DNA of 64,000 bases from a virus. Taxonomy: Duplodnaviria > Caudoviricetes. Below the pieces are notes generated by a model, which saw nothing but the letters and a program-made list of their open reading frames with translations, searched no databases and was not told the origin of the DNA. The position numbers and the translations under genes were made by a program. Location: positions 57,236 to 121,235 of the IMG/VR virus record IMGVR_UViG_3300013121_000032; one strand, 5' to 3'. Positions 30,170-40,357 of this stretch are shown in pieces; within the stretch, counting starts at the first letter, position 1, and every line of letters begins with the position of its first letter.

Positions 30170-30724
30170 ATGGGTGTAATTCTAGGATTAGCTGGAAAAC
30201 GAGCATCTGGAAAGACAGTGCTTGCTGATATGATCATTGATCTAAATGTTAATTTTAGAAAAATTTCTTTTGCTGATGCTCTTAAGGAAATGTACTCTAA
30301 AGAAAATGGCATTGTATTATCTGAATTTCAGGATAGGAAAATAAAAGAGAAGCATCGGAAAGGGCTAATTAAATTGGCTTCCGAAATGAGGGAAAAGAAT
30401 CCTTATATTTTTGTCAATTATGTTTTTGATCAAATCCATGATGATGATTTTATAGTAATAGATGATTTAAGAACTATTGAAGAGCTTGCTGGGCTATTAA
30501 AAAGGAATGGAAAACCAATTAAAATTCAAGCAGATAACTTTGTAAGGATTAAACGTGGTTGGAAGTATGATTATGATATTGATAGCTCATATCTTGAAAC
30601 TGAATTAGCTGATTGTTGTGCAGATACTTTTAGAATTTTAGGTGGTACAACAGTATATAATAATGAGAATGAGCTAACTGCTTTAAAGAAAGAAGCATGG
30701 AAGATTTTAGCTGAGTTTTGCTAG
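30170..30724 (+). CDS. P-loop kinase of the dNMP kinase / animal-type phosphomevalonate kinase group
   Basis: GLAGKRASGKT, SFADALKE, KEKHR, IDDLR, RIKRGW..IDSSYLETEL. Confidence 0.75.
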   Translation: MGVILGLAGKRASGKTVLADMIIDLNVNFRKISFADALKEMYSKENGIVLSEFQDRKIKEKHRKGLIKLASEMREKNPYIFVNYVFDQIHDDDFIVIDDLRTIEELAGLLKRNGKPIKIQADNFVRIKRGWKYDYDIDSSYLETELADCCADTFRILGGTTVYNNENELTALKKEAWKILAEFC

Positions 30725-30741
30725 CTTGATACAGTTTTCTT

Positions 30742-31461
30742 ATGATAAGAAAACTGTTGTTATCTTTGGCTTTGGTGGTAGGACTATGTAGTCCAACTGA
30801 TGCTAAAAATGTTATAGCTGTCTTTGCTGATCCTGGTCTTGCAAGAGGATGGACTGAGCAAGACAAAAGCTATGTAGATGTTTTTTATGTAGCTCAAAAA
30901 TGGGATAATTTTGATTCATTCCTTAAAATGACACAAGCAATAGTAAAGCCTGGAGATGGACTCATAATTGAATTGAATGTCCATGGTGGTCAGGATTGTT
31001 TATATTTAGATTATTATATGTCTAAGAAGTTTAAGTACTCTTCAAGAGCATCAGAGGGGTTTATTGTCAATCATATTGAGAAAGTTTTTCTAAAGCAAGA
31101 AAAGTTAATAATCCTTCAAGACTCTTGTTTTGCTGGAAATGTTTATAAGGATTCTATTAGAAACTGTCCTAAAGAATTACCTGGTGATGAAAGAATAATC
31201 AGCATGAGACAAGATGATAGGATAGAAGATTGTGATCACATACCATTCTTTCCTATTTTTGGATCAGGTAGTGGAACATATACTTGGTCACATATGATTT
31301 TTAAACAATTTTTACTAGGTTTATTATATTATTGGGAAGATCTTAGAAGCTATGAGGTAAAAATCCCGTTTATGAGGGATTGGAATGATAGCTCTCCATT
31401 AAATATGGCAGTTTATTTTTTTAGTGAATTCTTAAATCAAAAGCTATTGACAAAAGCTTAA
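30742..31461 (+). CDS. Exported protein with a caspase-like (clan CD) His/Cys dyad
   Basis: Signal peptide MIRKLLLSLALVVGLCSPTDA; IIELNVHGG and IILQDSCFAG. Confidence 0.5.
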   Translation: MIRKLLLSLALVVGLCSPTDAKNVIAVFADPGLARGWTEQDKSYVDVFYVAQKWDNFDSFLKMTQAIVKPGDGLIIELNVHGGQDCLYLDYYMSKKFKYSSRASEGFIVNHIEKVFLKQEKLIILQDSCFAGNVYKDSIRNCPKELPGDERIISMRQDDRIEDCDHIPFFPIFGSGSGTYTWSHMIFKQFLLGLLYYWEDLRSYEVKIPFMRDWNDSSPLNMAVYFFSEFLNQKLLTKA

Positions 31462-31475
31462 ATATATTTTATATT
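31447..31475 (+). promoter_or_regulatory. Sigma70-type promoter
   Basis: TTGACA-17 nt-TATATT just before the ORF at 31483. Confidence 0.55.
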
Positions 31476-31482
31476 AAGATTT

Positions 31483-32667
31483 ATGAAACGAATAAATGCC
31501 CTTACTATTTGTTCTGATCTTGGTGGCTGTTTACAGTTCAGAACTACAGCACCATTTGAGGAACTAAAACGGTTTAATGTACACAATATTGTATATGCTT
31601 ATCTTCCAACAGAGCCTGGAAGATCTTTGGAAGATTTACTTATTGATCTAATTGAACCACATGATTTAATTATTGTTCAGAGATGCTATAAATATCCTTT
31701 AGTTAAACTAGTTAAAAAAATCTGTGATATTGTAGGAAAGAAGATGGTCTTTGAAACTGATGATGACTATCTTAATCTTCCTATTTATAATCCTTGTTCT
31801 GAAGAGCTTAAGCATCCTGAAGTTAAAGCTGGATTCATAGAAATCTTAAAGATGGCAGATCTTGTTACTGTTTCTACCCAGGAACTGAAGAATGTATATG
31901 CCTTATACTCTAAAAATATTGAAGTTCTTCCTAATAATGTCAGGAATGTTTATTATGCTAAAGATTCTGCTGTTGCAGAGCCTGATAAAGATGGAAAAGT
32001 AAACCCATATTGTGTTTTTGGTTTCCTAAATGTACCAAAGTATATTAAATTAGGGAATCAATATGTTAGAAACATCAGGATTGGATACACTGCAACTCCT
32101 ACCCATTTAGTAGATTTTAATCAGATTAAATATCATCTTTTTAAAGTCTTAAAAAGATATAAGAAAAATGTAACAATGATTTATATAGGAGATAGGCGGT
32201 TTAAAGATATCCATATGCAAGAAATGACAGGTGAATATTATAATATGATTCATCTGGATAATCAACCATATGATTTATATAACTTCAATATTAGAAACTT
32301 TGATATTGGCCTTGCTCCCTTAGTTCCTGATATCTTTAATATGAGTAAGTCTCCATTAAAGTTATTGGAATATGGCTCATGGGGAATTCCAGCAGTAGCT
32401 CCAGAATTTATTACATATAATAGAGAATTTACTAATGGAGTCAATTATCTTAGTTATTATAATCCAAAAGAGTTTGCAGATCAACTATGTGAATTGATTG
32501 AGAAGGAAGAGTTAAGAGAAAGATTAGGAAATGCAGCAAGAGAGCATGTAAAAGAAAATAGATTGGAATGGCAACATGCAGAGCATAGATTTAATATCTA
32601 TATGGATTTAATTAATAGTCAGCCAGGATTGAGGAGATTTAAACCAATTGATAAAGCCCTTACATAA
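31483..32667 (+). CDS. GT-B (GT4-like) glycosyltransferase
   Basis: IVQR, FETDD, ADLVTVST, LPN, DIGLAPL..FNMSKSPLKLLEY..GIPAVA. Confidence 0.88.
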   Translation: MKRINALTICSDLGGCLQFRTTAPFEELKRFNVHNIVYAYLPTEPGRSLEDLLIDLIEPHDLIIVQRCYKYPLVKLVKKICDIVGKKMVFETDDDYLNLPIYNPCSEELKHPEVKAGFIEILKMADLVTVSTQELKNVYALYSKNIEVLPNNVRNVYYAKDSAVAEPDKDGKVNPYCVFGFLNVPKYIKLGNQYVRNIRIGYTATPTHLVDFNQIKYHLFKVLKRYKKNVTMIYIGDRRFKDIHMQEMTGEYYNMIHLDNQPYDLYNFNIRNFDIGLAPLVPDIFNMSKSPLKLLEYGSWGIPAVAPEFITYNREFTNGVNYLSYYNPKEFADQLCELIEKEELRERLGNAAREHVKENRLEWQHAEHRFNIYMDLINSQPGLRRFKPIDKALT

Positions 32668-32929
32668 TTGGGTAGTTGTGCGTAGGCGGCAACCAGCAGA
32701 GTACTCAAGTTTAATTATTTTACCAGATGAAAAGATAGAAAAAAGCCCATGGGTAGATGTTATAGCTGTTAATAGGAAAAACAAATATAATATTAACCCT
32801 GGTGATTGCTGCTATTTGAGACAATATAGTGGTAGCTCTATCGGTGGATTAAAAGATCCTAATCTTATTATTGTTCAAGAAGAATTGCTAGAAGCAAGAC
32901 TTGAAGGAGATCATAAAAATGTACGATGA
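32648..32929 (+). CDS. GroES-like co-chaperonin
   Basis: MIKPLHNWVVVRR..IILPD..VIAV..PGD..Y pattern. Confidence 0.7.
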   Translation: MIKPLHNWVVVRRRQPAEYSSLIILPDEKIEKSPWVDVIAVNRKNKYNINPGDCCYLRQYSGSSIGGLKDPNLIIVQEELLEARLEGDHKNVR

Positions 32930-33147
32930 TTATGTAGAACATATGTATGTTATTAATAATGATGTTCCTGAGGTGTTTGATTTAACTCCTTATGAAATTA
33001 ATAACATGAACTTAACTTTGGTAAAAACTAGTGAAAATGAAGCTCCAATTATAGTATTAGGCCAGGGGTATAGGGGAGAAATTTGTCAACCTTATTCTCA
33101 TCTTACTATAAAGTATAGTGGAACTGAATGGATTGAGATTATGAAAG

Positions 33148-33510
33148 ATGAGTAGTGCTAATTGGAAAAATGCAGAACGTAAGCTTGCAGAAGAGTTACA
33201 AAAAGAAGGAATACCAGCATATAGAGTATCACGGGCTGGAGATTTTGGCAAGTCGGATACTGATGTAAAGATTGAAGGTGCTGAATTCCTACAACTTGAT
33301 AGTAAATATACAGAAGCTAAGCCATTTAGACATCATGGATTACTTAGAGTAATTAAAGATAAGTATTGTAAAAAACCAGAGGATGTTCCTATTCTCTTCA
33401 CTAAGAATTATAAAGAGCATTCTGGCTGTATTACTGTGGAAGCAAAATTTTTTGCCAAACTTCTCCAAGCCTATCTGTTATTACAAAAAAGAGATAATAA
33501 AAATGAGTGA
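33148..33510 (+). CDS. Holliday junction resolvase-like nuclease
   Basis: WKNAERKLA..RV..DV..DSKY. Confidence 0.6.
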   Translation: MSSANWKNAERKLAEELQKEGIPAYRVSRAGDFGKSDTDVKIEGAEFLQLDSKYTEAKPFRHHGLLRVIKDKYCKKPEDVPILFTKNYKEHSGCITVEAKFFAKLLQAYLLLQKRDNKNE

Positions 33511-34582
33511 GATGGAATCCATTACTAGAGATCTAGTAATTGCCTCAACATATAGAGTTCTTACTAAAAAAGAAGAGGGGGATTTAATTAGAAGTGCTCA
33601 AGCTGGTGATCAAAAAGCTCTAACACTTTTAATCAAACATAACCTCAGGCTTGTTATTTCTATTGCTAGGAGATTTCAAGGAAGGGGTGTTCCTTTAGAA
33701 GATCTAGTACAGGAAGGAAAGCTCGGATTAATGCGAGCTATTAGAGGTTTTGAATTAGATAGGAATTTAAAATTATCAACCTATGCTACACAATGGATTC
33801 GCCAATTTGTAAACAGAAGTATTGAAAATAAAGGAAAGTTAATCAGGATTCCTATTCATATGCTTTCTAAAATTACTGAAATTAAGCGGATATTTAGAAA
33901 ATATACAGAAGATAACCTTGGTGTAACTCCTTCCTCTGAGGAAATAGCTGCTCTTTATAATATGAATTTGGGGAATAAAAGAAATTTTAAACCTATTACA
34001 TATGAAGAAGCTGAAGAGCTGGGCAGATTTATGCAAGACCTTTACTCTTTAGATGATTCTACATCTGAAGACGATCATTTAACTATAATGCATTATATTG
34101 GTTCAGAGAATTCTGATGCAACTGAAGCCACACTAGATAAGGAATATCTTAAATCATTATTGACAATACTACCTGAAGAGGATAGAATCTTTCTTGAGAT
34201 AAAATATGGATTTCTGGACTGGGAAAATAAATCAGATCACCAGATGGCTGAGTTATTTCAAACAACAGTTAAAGAAATCAAGAAGAAAGAGGAGGAAATT
34301 CTTATGGTCCTCAGAGAAGCAGCAGAAAGAAATAAAGTTAATATGGAAAAAGGGATTACAACTGAAAAGTTTAATCTTGTACTTGAGAGTACATCTAATA
34401 AGCCCCTTCAAGTAAGTGAAATTCTTTATAAAGATTATAGATTTTCTAATAGTCAAATTGCCGCAGCATTAAAGTTTTTGCCTATGGTAGTAGCTTCTAA
34501 TCTGTCTTATGATGAGGCAGCAGAGGGATATAAGAAATTTAAATTGCTTGGTGCTAAAGCATCTATTATTCCAAGTAAATAG
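33503..34582 (+). CDS. Phage sigma70/RpoD-like factor with an extra C-terminal domain (probable start 33503)
   Basis: Region 2 LIKHNLRLVISIARRF..DLVQEG..GL..F..KLSTYATQWIRQ; IRIPIH; region 3 PSSEEIA; region 4-like LPEEDR..YG. Confidence 0.92.
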   Translation: MSEMESITRDLVIASTYRVLTKKEEGDLIRSAQAGDQKALTLLIKHNLRLVISIARRFQGRGVPLEDLVQEGKLGLMRAIRGFELDRNLKLSTYATQWIRQFVNRSIENKGKLIRIPIHMLSKITEIKRIFRKYTEDNLGVTPSSEEIAALYNMNLGNKRNFKPITYEEAEELGRFMQDLYSLDDSTSEDDHLTIMHYIGSENSDATEATLDKEYLKSLLTILPEEDRIFLEIKYGFLDWENKSDHQMAELFQTTVKEIKKKEEEILMVLREAAERNKVNMEKGITTEKFNLVLESTSNKPLQVSEILYKDYRFSNSQIAAALKFLPMVVASNLSYDEAAEGYKKFKLLGAKASIIPSK

Positions 34583-35038
34583 ATATGCTTTATCTGCCAG
34601 ATAAAAGTAACTTCTACTTTTTATGTAAGAAGTGTGATACAACTTATATCCCAAGGAGTTTGATTAATCCTGGATTTTGTCGGAAAAAATACTGTGTATT
34701 TGATCATAAACCCTGTATCTTATGTGGAAGCTTAACCTGTAGACGGGTTGTTCTTGATTATTTTGAGTATGATGTAACCAATTGGGTTAGTAATTGGAGT
34801 CCGCCTTCTTCACCTATAGATAAGGCTGTTATTACTTATACCACTATTAAGGATAGATATTTTTTTATAGATGATCCAGATGAAGGAGCAGTCTTTAAGC
34901 AAGTTATTTACAGTAGATATTTAATTTATATTTATAATACTGATGGTTGGATAGTAGGATTTTATGAAAATAGTACTATGCAAGGAGCATTAGAATATGC
35001 TAATCACTTACTAGAGGGAGGAAGAATTGAATTTGATT

Positions 35039-35389
35039 CTAATCCTGATCAGGCGAGACATCCACAGTTTCAGAAGCAATTAAACCACGAGCAATCCCCT
35101 CTTTTCTAAGGGCTTCCCGTTGCTTAATTAATCTAAGCTCTTCTTCTGGAGTTAGTTCAATTTTTCTATAGATAATTTCTCCATTCATATCTTTATCTAC
35201 ATGCCAAAAATTAGCCATATAATCAGTAAAATCGAAGGCAGTTTGATCAATTTGATATGAAAGATTATTGTACTTATTGACAATTTCAATAATCATATGT
35301 TCTAATTCTTGAATTCTTACCATTAACCCATGAATGAAGTGGTAAAGAATACCAGCCATTAAAGCACCTGAGAGAACTTCTAATATCAT
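35039..35389 (-). CDS. Hypothetical membrane-anchored protein
   Basis: N-terminal TM; overlaps the upstream minus-strand ORF. Confidence 0.6.
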   Translation of the reverse strand: MILEVLSGALMAGILYHFIHGLMVRIQELEHMIIEIVNKYNNLSYQIDQTAFDFTDYMANFWHVDKDMNGEIIYRKIELTPEEELRLIKQREALRKEGIARGLIASETVDVSPDQD

Positions 35390-35643
35390 TTTTCAAACCT
35401 ACCTACAAATAGCTTAGCTGTTTTAGTTTCTGGATCATAATCTTCACCATCACTTCTCTCTTGAAAAGTAACATGAAGATCATTTAATTTAATATCATCA
35501 AAAGTTCTGGAAGTAGGATCATTGATATCTTTATAATAATCAATATGCCAATGCCATCCAGAGGGGGAACACAAAGGATAAAGAGAAATTATGGTAAACA
35601 GACATAAGTTTTTAAGAATTAAACCTTTCAATTTCTCACTCAA
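35386..35643 (-). CDS. Hypothetical protein
   Basis: Fills a gap with no + strand ORF and is coupled to 35039..35389. Confidence 0.55.
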   Translation of the reverse strand: MSEKLKGLILKNLCLFTIISLYPLCSPSGWHWHIDYYKDINDPTSRTFDDIKLNDLHVTFQERSDGEDYDPETKTAKLFVGRFEK

Positions 35644-36122
35644 TCTTCTATAATAGGATTATATATTAAATGTAAAGGAAATGTAATGATTTTAAAGGAT
35701 ATTTTTCATTATCTCTCTGTTAAAGCTATCATTAAAGCTGCTAAAGAAAAAACTGGAATGGCTGCTCAAACCTTTCCTATTGTATCTGATGAAGATCAAA
35801 GAAGGATAGCAAAAGAGTTTGCTCCTTCAGAGGAACTTAAGAAAAAGGTAGAGATTGAAGCTATGAGGAAAACCCTTATGCAGAAAATGTATGATGATCC
35901 TAGAAAATTCTGGGAAGATATGAATAGATGGAGAAAAGGAAATGAGTAAGCTTACCTTTCATAAAAATGAAGTTGTTATTTTTAAAGGGACTAATCATGC
36001 TCCTGTACAAAAGGTTGTAATTTTAGAAACATTAGATTCTTTCCATCTTCCATATCTTATTGAGTCTACATGGCTTGATGGAAAAGTCCATAGGCACTGG
36101 GTTGAGGCAGCTATGTTAGAAC

Positions 36123-37895
36123 GTGGTTCTAAAATTGCTTCTAGTTGATTTTGTTGGACAAAATATAAAAGTTAAGATAATTCCTGGACCTTTGTTTAAT
36201 GAGGAAAGGGATAAGATTAAAACTATTCCAGGTAAAAAGCCTATATATGGGTTGGAAAATGGAATAGATAAGTTCCTATATTGGGAGATTCCACAGTCCT
36301 CTTTAGGATCATTTTGTGAAAAGTTTAATAAAGAAGATCTAATTCTGCAATCAAAAAAGGTAGAAGCTCTTTTTTCAGGACTTAATCTACTACTTAAGAC
36401 AGTAGAAGAGCTACCAAAAATTCAAGAAGAAGTCAAGTGGATACGCCCACCCAGATTTCCTTGCCAAGAGGATTACATTAGAATCTCTAGAGAGAAGAAT
36501 AAACTACTTTGTGCCCTATCTCCAGGATTAGGGAAGAGCTATATTAGTCTTTCTAGGGCTAATATTCTTGGATTTTCTAAACTACTTATTGTTGGACTTA
36601 AAAGTACTCTAACCAATACTTGGAAATCTGAAATTTATAAGACTTTAAATAAAGATTGTTTAATTTATCATGGAACCATAAAACAAAGAGAAAAACTAAG
36701 AACACAATTTCCTCAATATGATATTGTTGTAACTACATACTCTATGGTTGGAGAGTTACAGAAATCTGGTCAGATTTTTGATCAGATTATTATAGATGAG
36801 GCACACCTTCTTGCCCATTCAGATACTAAAATATATAAAAATGTTGAAGGATTATTTAGAAATAATCCTAATGCTGGTATTCAGCTATTATCTGGAACTC
36901 CAGTTCTGCATAAACCTTCAGACTTATGGGGGCTTGTACATCTTTTATATCCTCAGTTGGCTGGAGATTTTTATTCTTGGAAATTTAGATATGAAGAAGT
37001 TCTTAAATCTATTAATGTTAGAGGAAAATCTGGAAGATTAATTAAAATTCCTATTAAGACTAAAATTAGGAATTTGGATGATCTCCATAAGCGTATTAAA
37101 CCTTTTACAGTTAGAGTAAAAAGGGATGAGCTAGTTTCTTTTGAAGAATCAGTTGAAATTGAATATGTAGATTTAGTAGGAAAGCAAAAATCTCTTTATA
37201 ATCAACTTAAAACAGATCTCATAATTCAATTAGAAAATAAAGAGATTTCTGTACAAAACTCTCTAGCTCAACTAACCAGACTCCTCCAGGTTGCTGAAGG
37301 GGCATTTAATCTTGAAGAAAGTTGGTTAGACTCAGGAAAATTGGATTATTTAGAGGAAATATTAAAATCCTCTAATGAAAAAATTGTTGTATGGTCACGT
37401 TTTAAACCAATCATAAAAATTTTGGGGGAGAGGTTTAAAAAACGATCTGTTTTATTTAATGGTGATATTTCTTTAAATCAGAAAACCTTAGGAGTTTGGG
37501 CTTTTCAAGGTGTTGATTCTATTGCTGATGAAAAAGAATATTATAGGTTAGCTAAATTAGGCAATTGGAAACTAGAACCAGGAGAAGCACAGTATTTTTT
37601 TGGTACTATAGACCGTGGTACATCTGCTGGATTAAATTTACATGCCTCATATCGGCAATATTTTACAAGCTTTCACTGGAATGGAAATATAAATGAGCAA
37701 GCAGCTTCAAGATTAAAAAGAATAGATCAAGATGCTGATGTAGTATATACTACATTTATTGTTTCTCAACAAACTATAGAGGACTACGCATTAAAGCTAA
37801 TCTTTAATAATTTGAAGAACTGCCTTCATATTATAGATGGTGGAAATGATATATCTCTTCATCAAATTACAGACATTATAAGGAGTCTAAAATGA
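36123..37895 (+). CDS. SNF2-family helicase/translocase
   Basis: PGLGKS, TTY, IIDEAH, LSGTP, SGKL, KIVVWSRF, GLNL, QAASRLKRIDQ. Confidence 0.9.
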   Translation: MVLKLLLVDFVGQNIKVKIIPGPLFNEERDKIKTIPGKKPIYGLENGIDKFLYWEIPQSSLGSFCEKFNKEDLILQSKKVEALFSGLNLLLKTVEELPKIQEEVKWIRPPRFPCQEDYIRISREKNKLLCALSPGLGKSYISLSRANILGFSKLLIVGLKSTLTNTWKSEIYKTLNKDCLIYHGTIKQREKLRTQFPQYDIVVTTYSMVGELQKSGQIFDQIIIDEAHLLAHSDTKIYKNVEGLFRNNPNAGIQLLSGTPVLHKPSDLWGLVHLLYPQLAGDFYSWKFRYEEVLKSINVRGKSGRLIKIPIKTKIRNLDDLHKRIKPFTVRVKRDELVSFEESVEIEYVDLVGKQKSLYNQLKTDLIIQLENKEISVQNSLAQLTRLLQVAEGAFNLEESWLDSGKLDYLEEILKSSNEKIVVWSRFKPIIKILGERFKKRSVLFNGDISLNQKTLGVWAFQGVDSIADEKEYYRLAKLGNWKLEPGEAQYFFGTIDRGTSAGLNLHASYRQYFTSFHWNGNINEQAASRLKRIDQDADVVYTTFIVSQQTIEDYALKLIFNNLKNCLHIIDGGNDISLHQITDIIRSLK

Positions 37896-38494
37896 CAATA
37901 TGTGCGGCAGTTAAACGTGATGGAAAGGTTTTTGTAGGTGCAGATAGTCTAGTAGTAGCTGGTGGAGATACTAAAAGCTATACAACTAAAATAACTAAAT
38001 TAGGTTATAACATAATCCTTTATTCTGGTCTAGCTTTGGTTAAGAATATTCTTGATGAAATGGTTGATAATAAGCAGTATAAAAATCTTAATATTAACTC
38101 AGTAGCGGAAGCTAGAGATTTTGGGAAAACTGTTTTTTCAAGCTTAAAAGCAGAATTAGAAGATTCTCCATGGGGTCCACATTATACAGAAATGTCCAAG
38201 GATATTGGAGATCTTCTTATATGTACTCCTACTAAGATTTTTCAAGTTGATCCAGCTTTTAATTGTGCAGAAATCCATAATTTTATAGCTATTGGATCTG
38301 GTGCTCCGTATGCTACAGCAGTTCTAGAGTTTGGACTTAGAAATGAATATGAAGATTTGAAAGAACTTTTACATGAAGCAATTGACATTACATCTAAATA
38401 TAGTTTAGGATGTTCTTTACCAGCAGAAATTTTGGAAGTTGGAAGCAAGCCAATTAAGGTTTCTAGGAAACAAAAAAGAATACATATAAAATGA
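37892..38494 (+). CDS. HslV/proteasome-beta-like Ntn threonine peptidase
   Basis: N-terminal M-T nucleophile, GADS, K, AIGSGAPYA. Confidence 0.78.
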   Translation: MTICAAVKRDGKVFVGADSLVVAGGDTKSYTTKITKLGYNIILYSGLALVKNILDEMVDNKQYKNLNINSVAEARDFGKTVFSSLKAELEDSPWGPHYTEMSKDIGDLLICTPTKIFQVDPAFNCAEIHNFIAIGSGAPYATAVLEFGLRNEYEDLKELLHEAIDITSKYSLGCSLPAEILEVGSKPIKVSRKQKRIHIK

Positions 38495-38505
38495 TGTAGG
38501 TTTGA

Positions 38506-39315
38506 ATGAAAACAAATATAATCATTCCGGTAGCAAATACTAATGATAAATGTACTTCTTATCTATTAGGATTGATGCGATCCCTTTCATATGGTCTTTA
38601 TTTTGATAAGTCTACAGAGTGGAGTGTAACCTGTTGTTTTGATAGTTGTGATGAGGAATATATCTTCTTTTTTCAAAAAAACTATCCAGATTTTAAGATA
38701 TTAGTCAATTCTAAAAATAGGATTGGATTTACAGCTAATGTTAATCGTGGTTTAAGATATGCATTTAAAGAATATCGTGGTAATTTTCTTATCCTTAATA
38801 TGGATACAGTCCTACCTCACTCATCTTACCTTAAAGACATGGTTGTCGGAGAGGGCCTTATGGGGCCAAGGCAAGTAGATATTTTAGATAATTGTCCCTG
38901 TATTCATCATGATATTATGGCTCTAAATAGAGAGTGTGTTACTCATATTAATCCTCCTGAATATCAAGAAGTAGATCGAATTACCGGATTTTGTATGTAT
39001 ATTAATAGGGAGGTTATTGCTAAGATTGGATTTTTGGATGAATTATTTAAAGCTGGATTTGATGATGATGATTATTGTGCAAGAGCCAGATTAGCAGGAT
39101 TTCCTGTAGAGGTTGCAAATGCTGTTGCAGTTCAACATTACTTAAAAGGAAGGGAAGATGCATCTAATACTGGAGCTTATACCCTTGAAACTTTAGGTGA
39201 TTCATTAAAATCATTTAGATTAAAATGGGGAATTCCTAATAGTATTGAACATAAAGATTTCTCTAATTTTATTCACAATAATCATATTTGGAAGGATACT
39301 ATGAAATGTCACTAA
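38506..39315 (+). CDS. Glycosyltransferase family 2
   Basis: GFTANVNRG, LNMD, GFCMYI..IGFLDE..FDDDDYC.RA. Confidence 0.88.
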   Translation: MKTNIIIPVANTNDKCTSYLLGLMRSLSYGLYFDKSTEWSVTCCFDSCDEEYIFFFQKNYPDFKILVNSKNRIGFTANVNRGLRYAFKEYRGNFLILNMDTVLPHSSYLKDMVVGEGLMGPRQVDILDNCPCIHHDIMALNRECVTHINPPEYQEVDRITGFCMYINREVIAKIGFLDELFKAGFDDDDYCARARLAGFPVEVANAVAVQHYLKGREDASNTGAYTLETLGDSLKSFRLKWGIPNSIEHKDFSNFIHNNHIWKDTMKCH

Positions 39316-39736
39316 GAGGATTTCAAAAAATGGCAGAGAAAAACACTTCTAAGCAATGGCGTCTATCAGATCAAATAATTTCCTCTTTGGATGTTAGGAA
39401 AAACATTGATAGTGCATCAAAAGCTGCTTTTGAAGAAATGGCACAAGAAGAATTAGCACAACGTTGTTTTGTGCAAAACCATATTATCCAAGAAATGGAT
39501 AAAGCTTATACCTTGCTTATGAAAGAAAAAGAGGTCTTGGAAGCTGAAGCTGTTATTAATAAACGACATATGACAGAAATTAAGTCGGCTGTTAGGTTTC
39601 ATTCTCGCTACCTTTCCGAGATTACTGACCAATCTACTAAAAAAGATTTGGAACTTAAACAAAAAAGTCTCCATATTGAGAAGTTGGAAAAGGCTAAGGC
39701 AGAAGCTAAGCAAAATGAAAAGGAAAAATCAAAGGC

Positions 39737-40357
39737 ATGAGGCTGGTTTTCGTTAGTGACCTCCATTTAAAAGGGATAGATCCTCCTGAGGGGGATATCC
39801 TTTTTAATTGTGGTGATATGACCATGAATGGTCGAAATCGAGAAATAGAGTGGTATAAAGACTGGCTTATGAAGCAAAAGTCTAAGTATCAGCAAATTGT
39901 TTGGATTGCTGGAAACCATGATTATGAAGCTTCAAATTGGGGTCCAAAATTAGCAGGATATACAAATACTATTTATCTTGAAAATTCTGGATGTAAGGTG
40001 GAAGGGCTGAATATTTGGGGTAGTCCTTATACTCCTACATTTGGTTACTGGGCTTTTATGAAATCCAGAGGCAATGAAATTAGAAAGGTTTGGGATAAGA
40101 TTCCTGAAAAGCTAGATGTTTTAATTACTCATGGCCCTCCTTATACTGTATTGGATGAGATTCCATTAAGAGGAGAGCATGTTGGATGCTGGGATTTATT
40201 AGACATAGTTAAGCAAAGAAAGCCTAGAATTCATGCATTTGGTCATATACACTATTCCTATGGTAAAAGTAGGAAGTTCGATACTTTATTTATTAATGCA
40301 GCAATTTGTACTGAACAATATACGGCAGATAATGCACCAATTATTGTTGAGATATGA
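39737..40357 (+). CDS. Metallophosphoesterase
   Basis: SDLH, GD, AGNHD, THGPP, FGHIH. Confidence 0.92.
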   Translation: MRLVFVSDLHLKGIDPPEGDILFNCGDMTMNGRNREIEWYKDWLMKQKSKYQQIVWIAGNHDYEASNWGPKLAGYTNTIYLENSGCKVEGLNIWGSPYTPTFGYWAFMKSRGNEIRKVWDKIPEKLDVLITHGPPYTVLDEIPLRGEHVGCWDLLDIVKQRKPRIHAFGHIHYSYGKSRKFDTLFINAAICTEQYTADNAPIIVEI

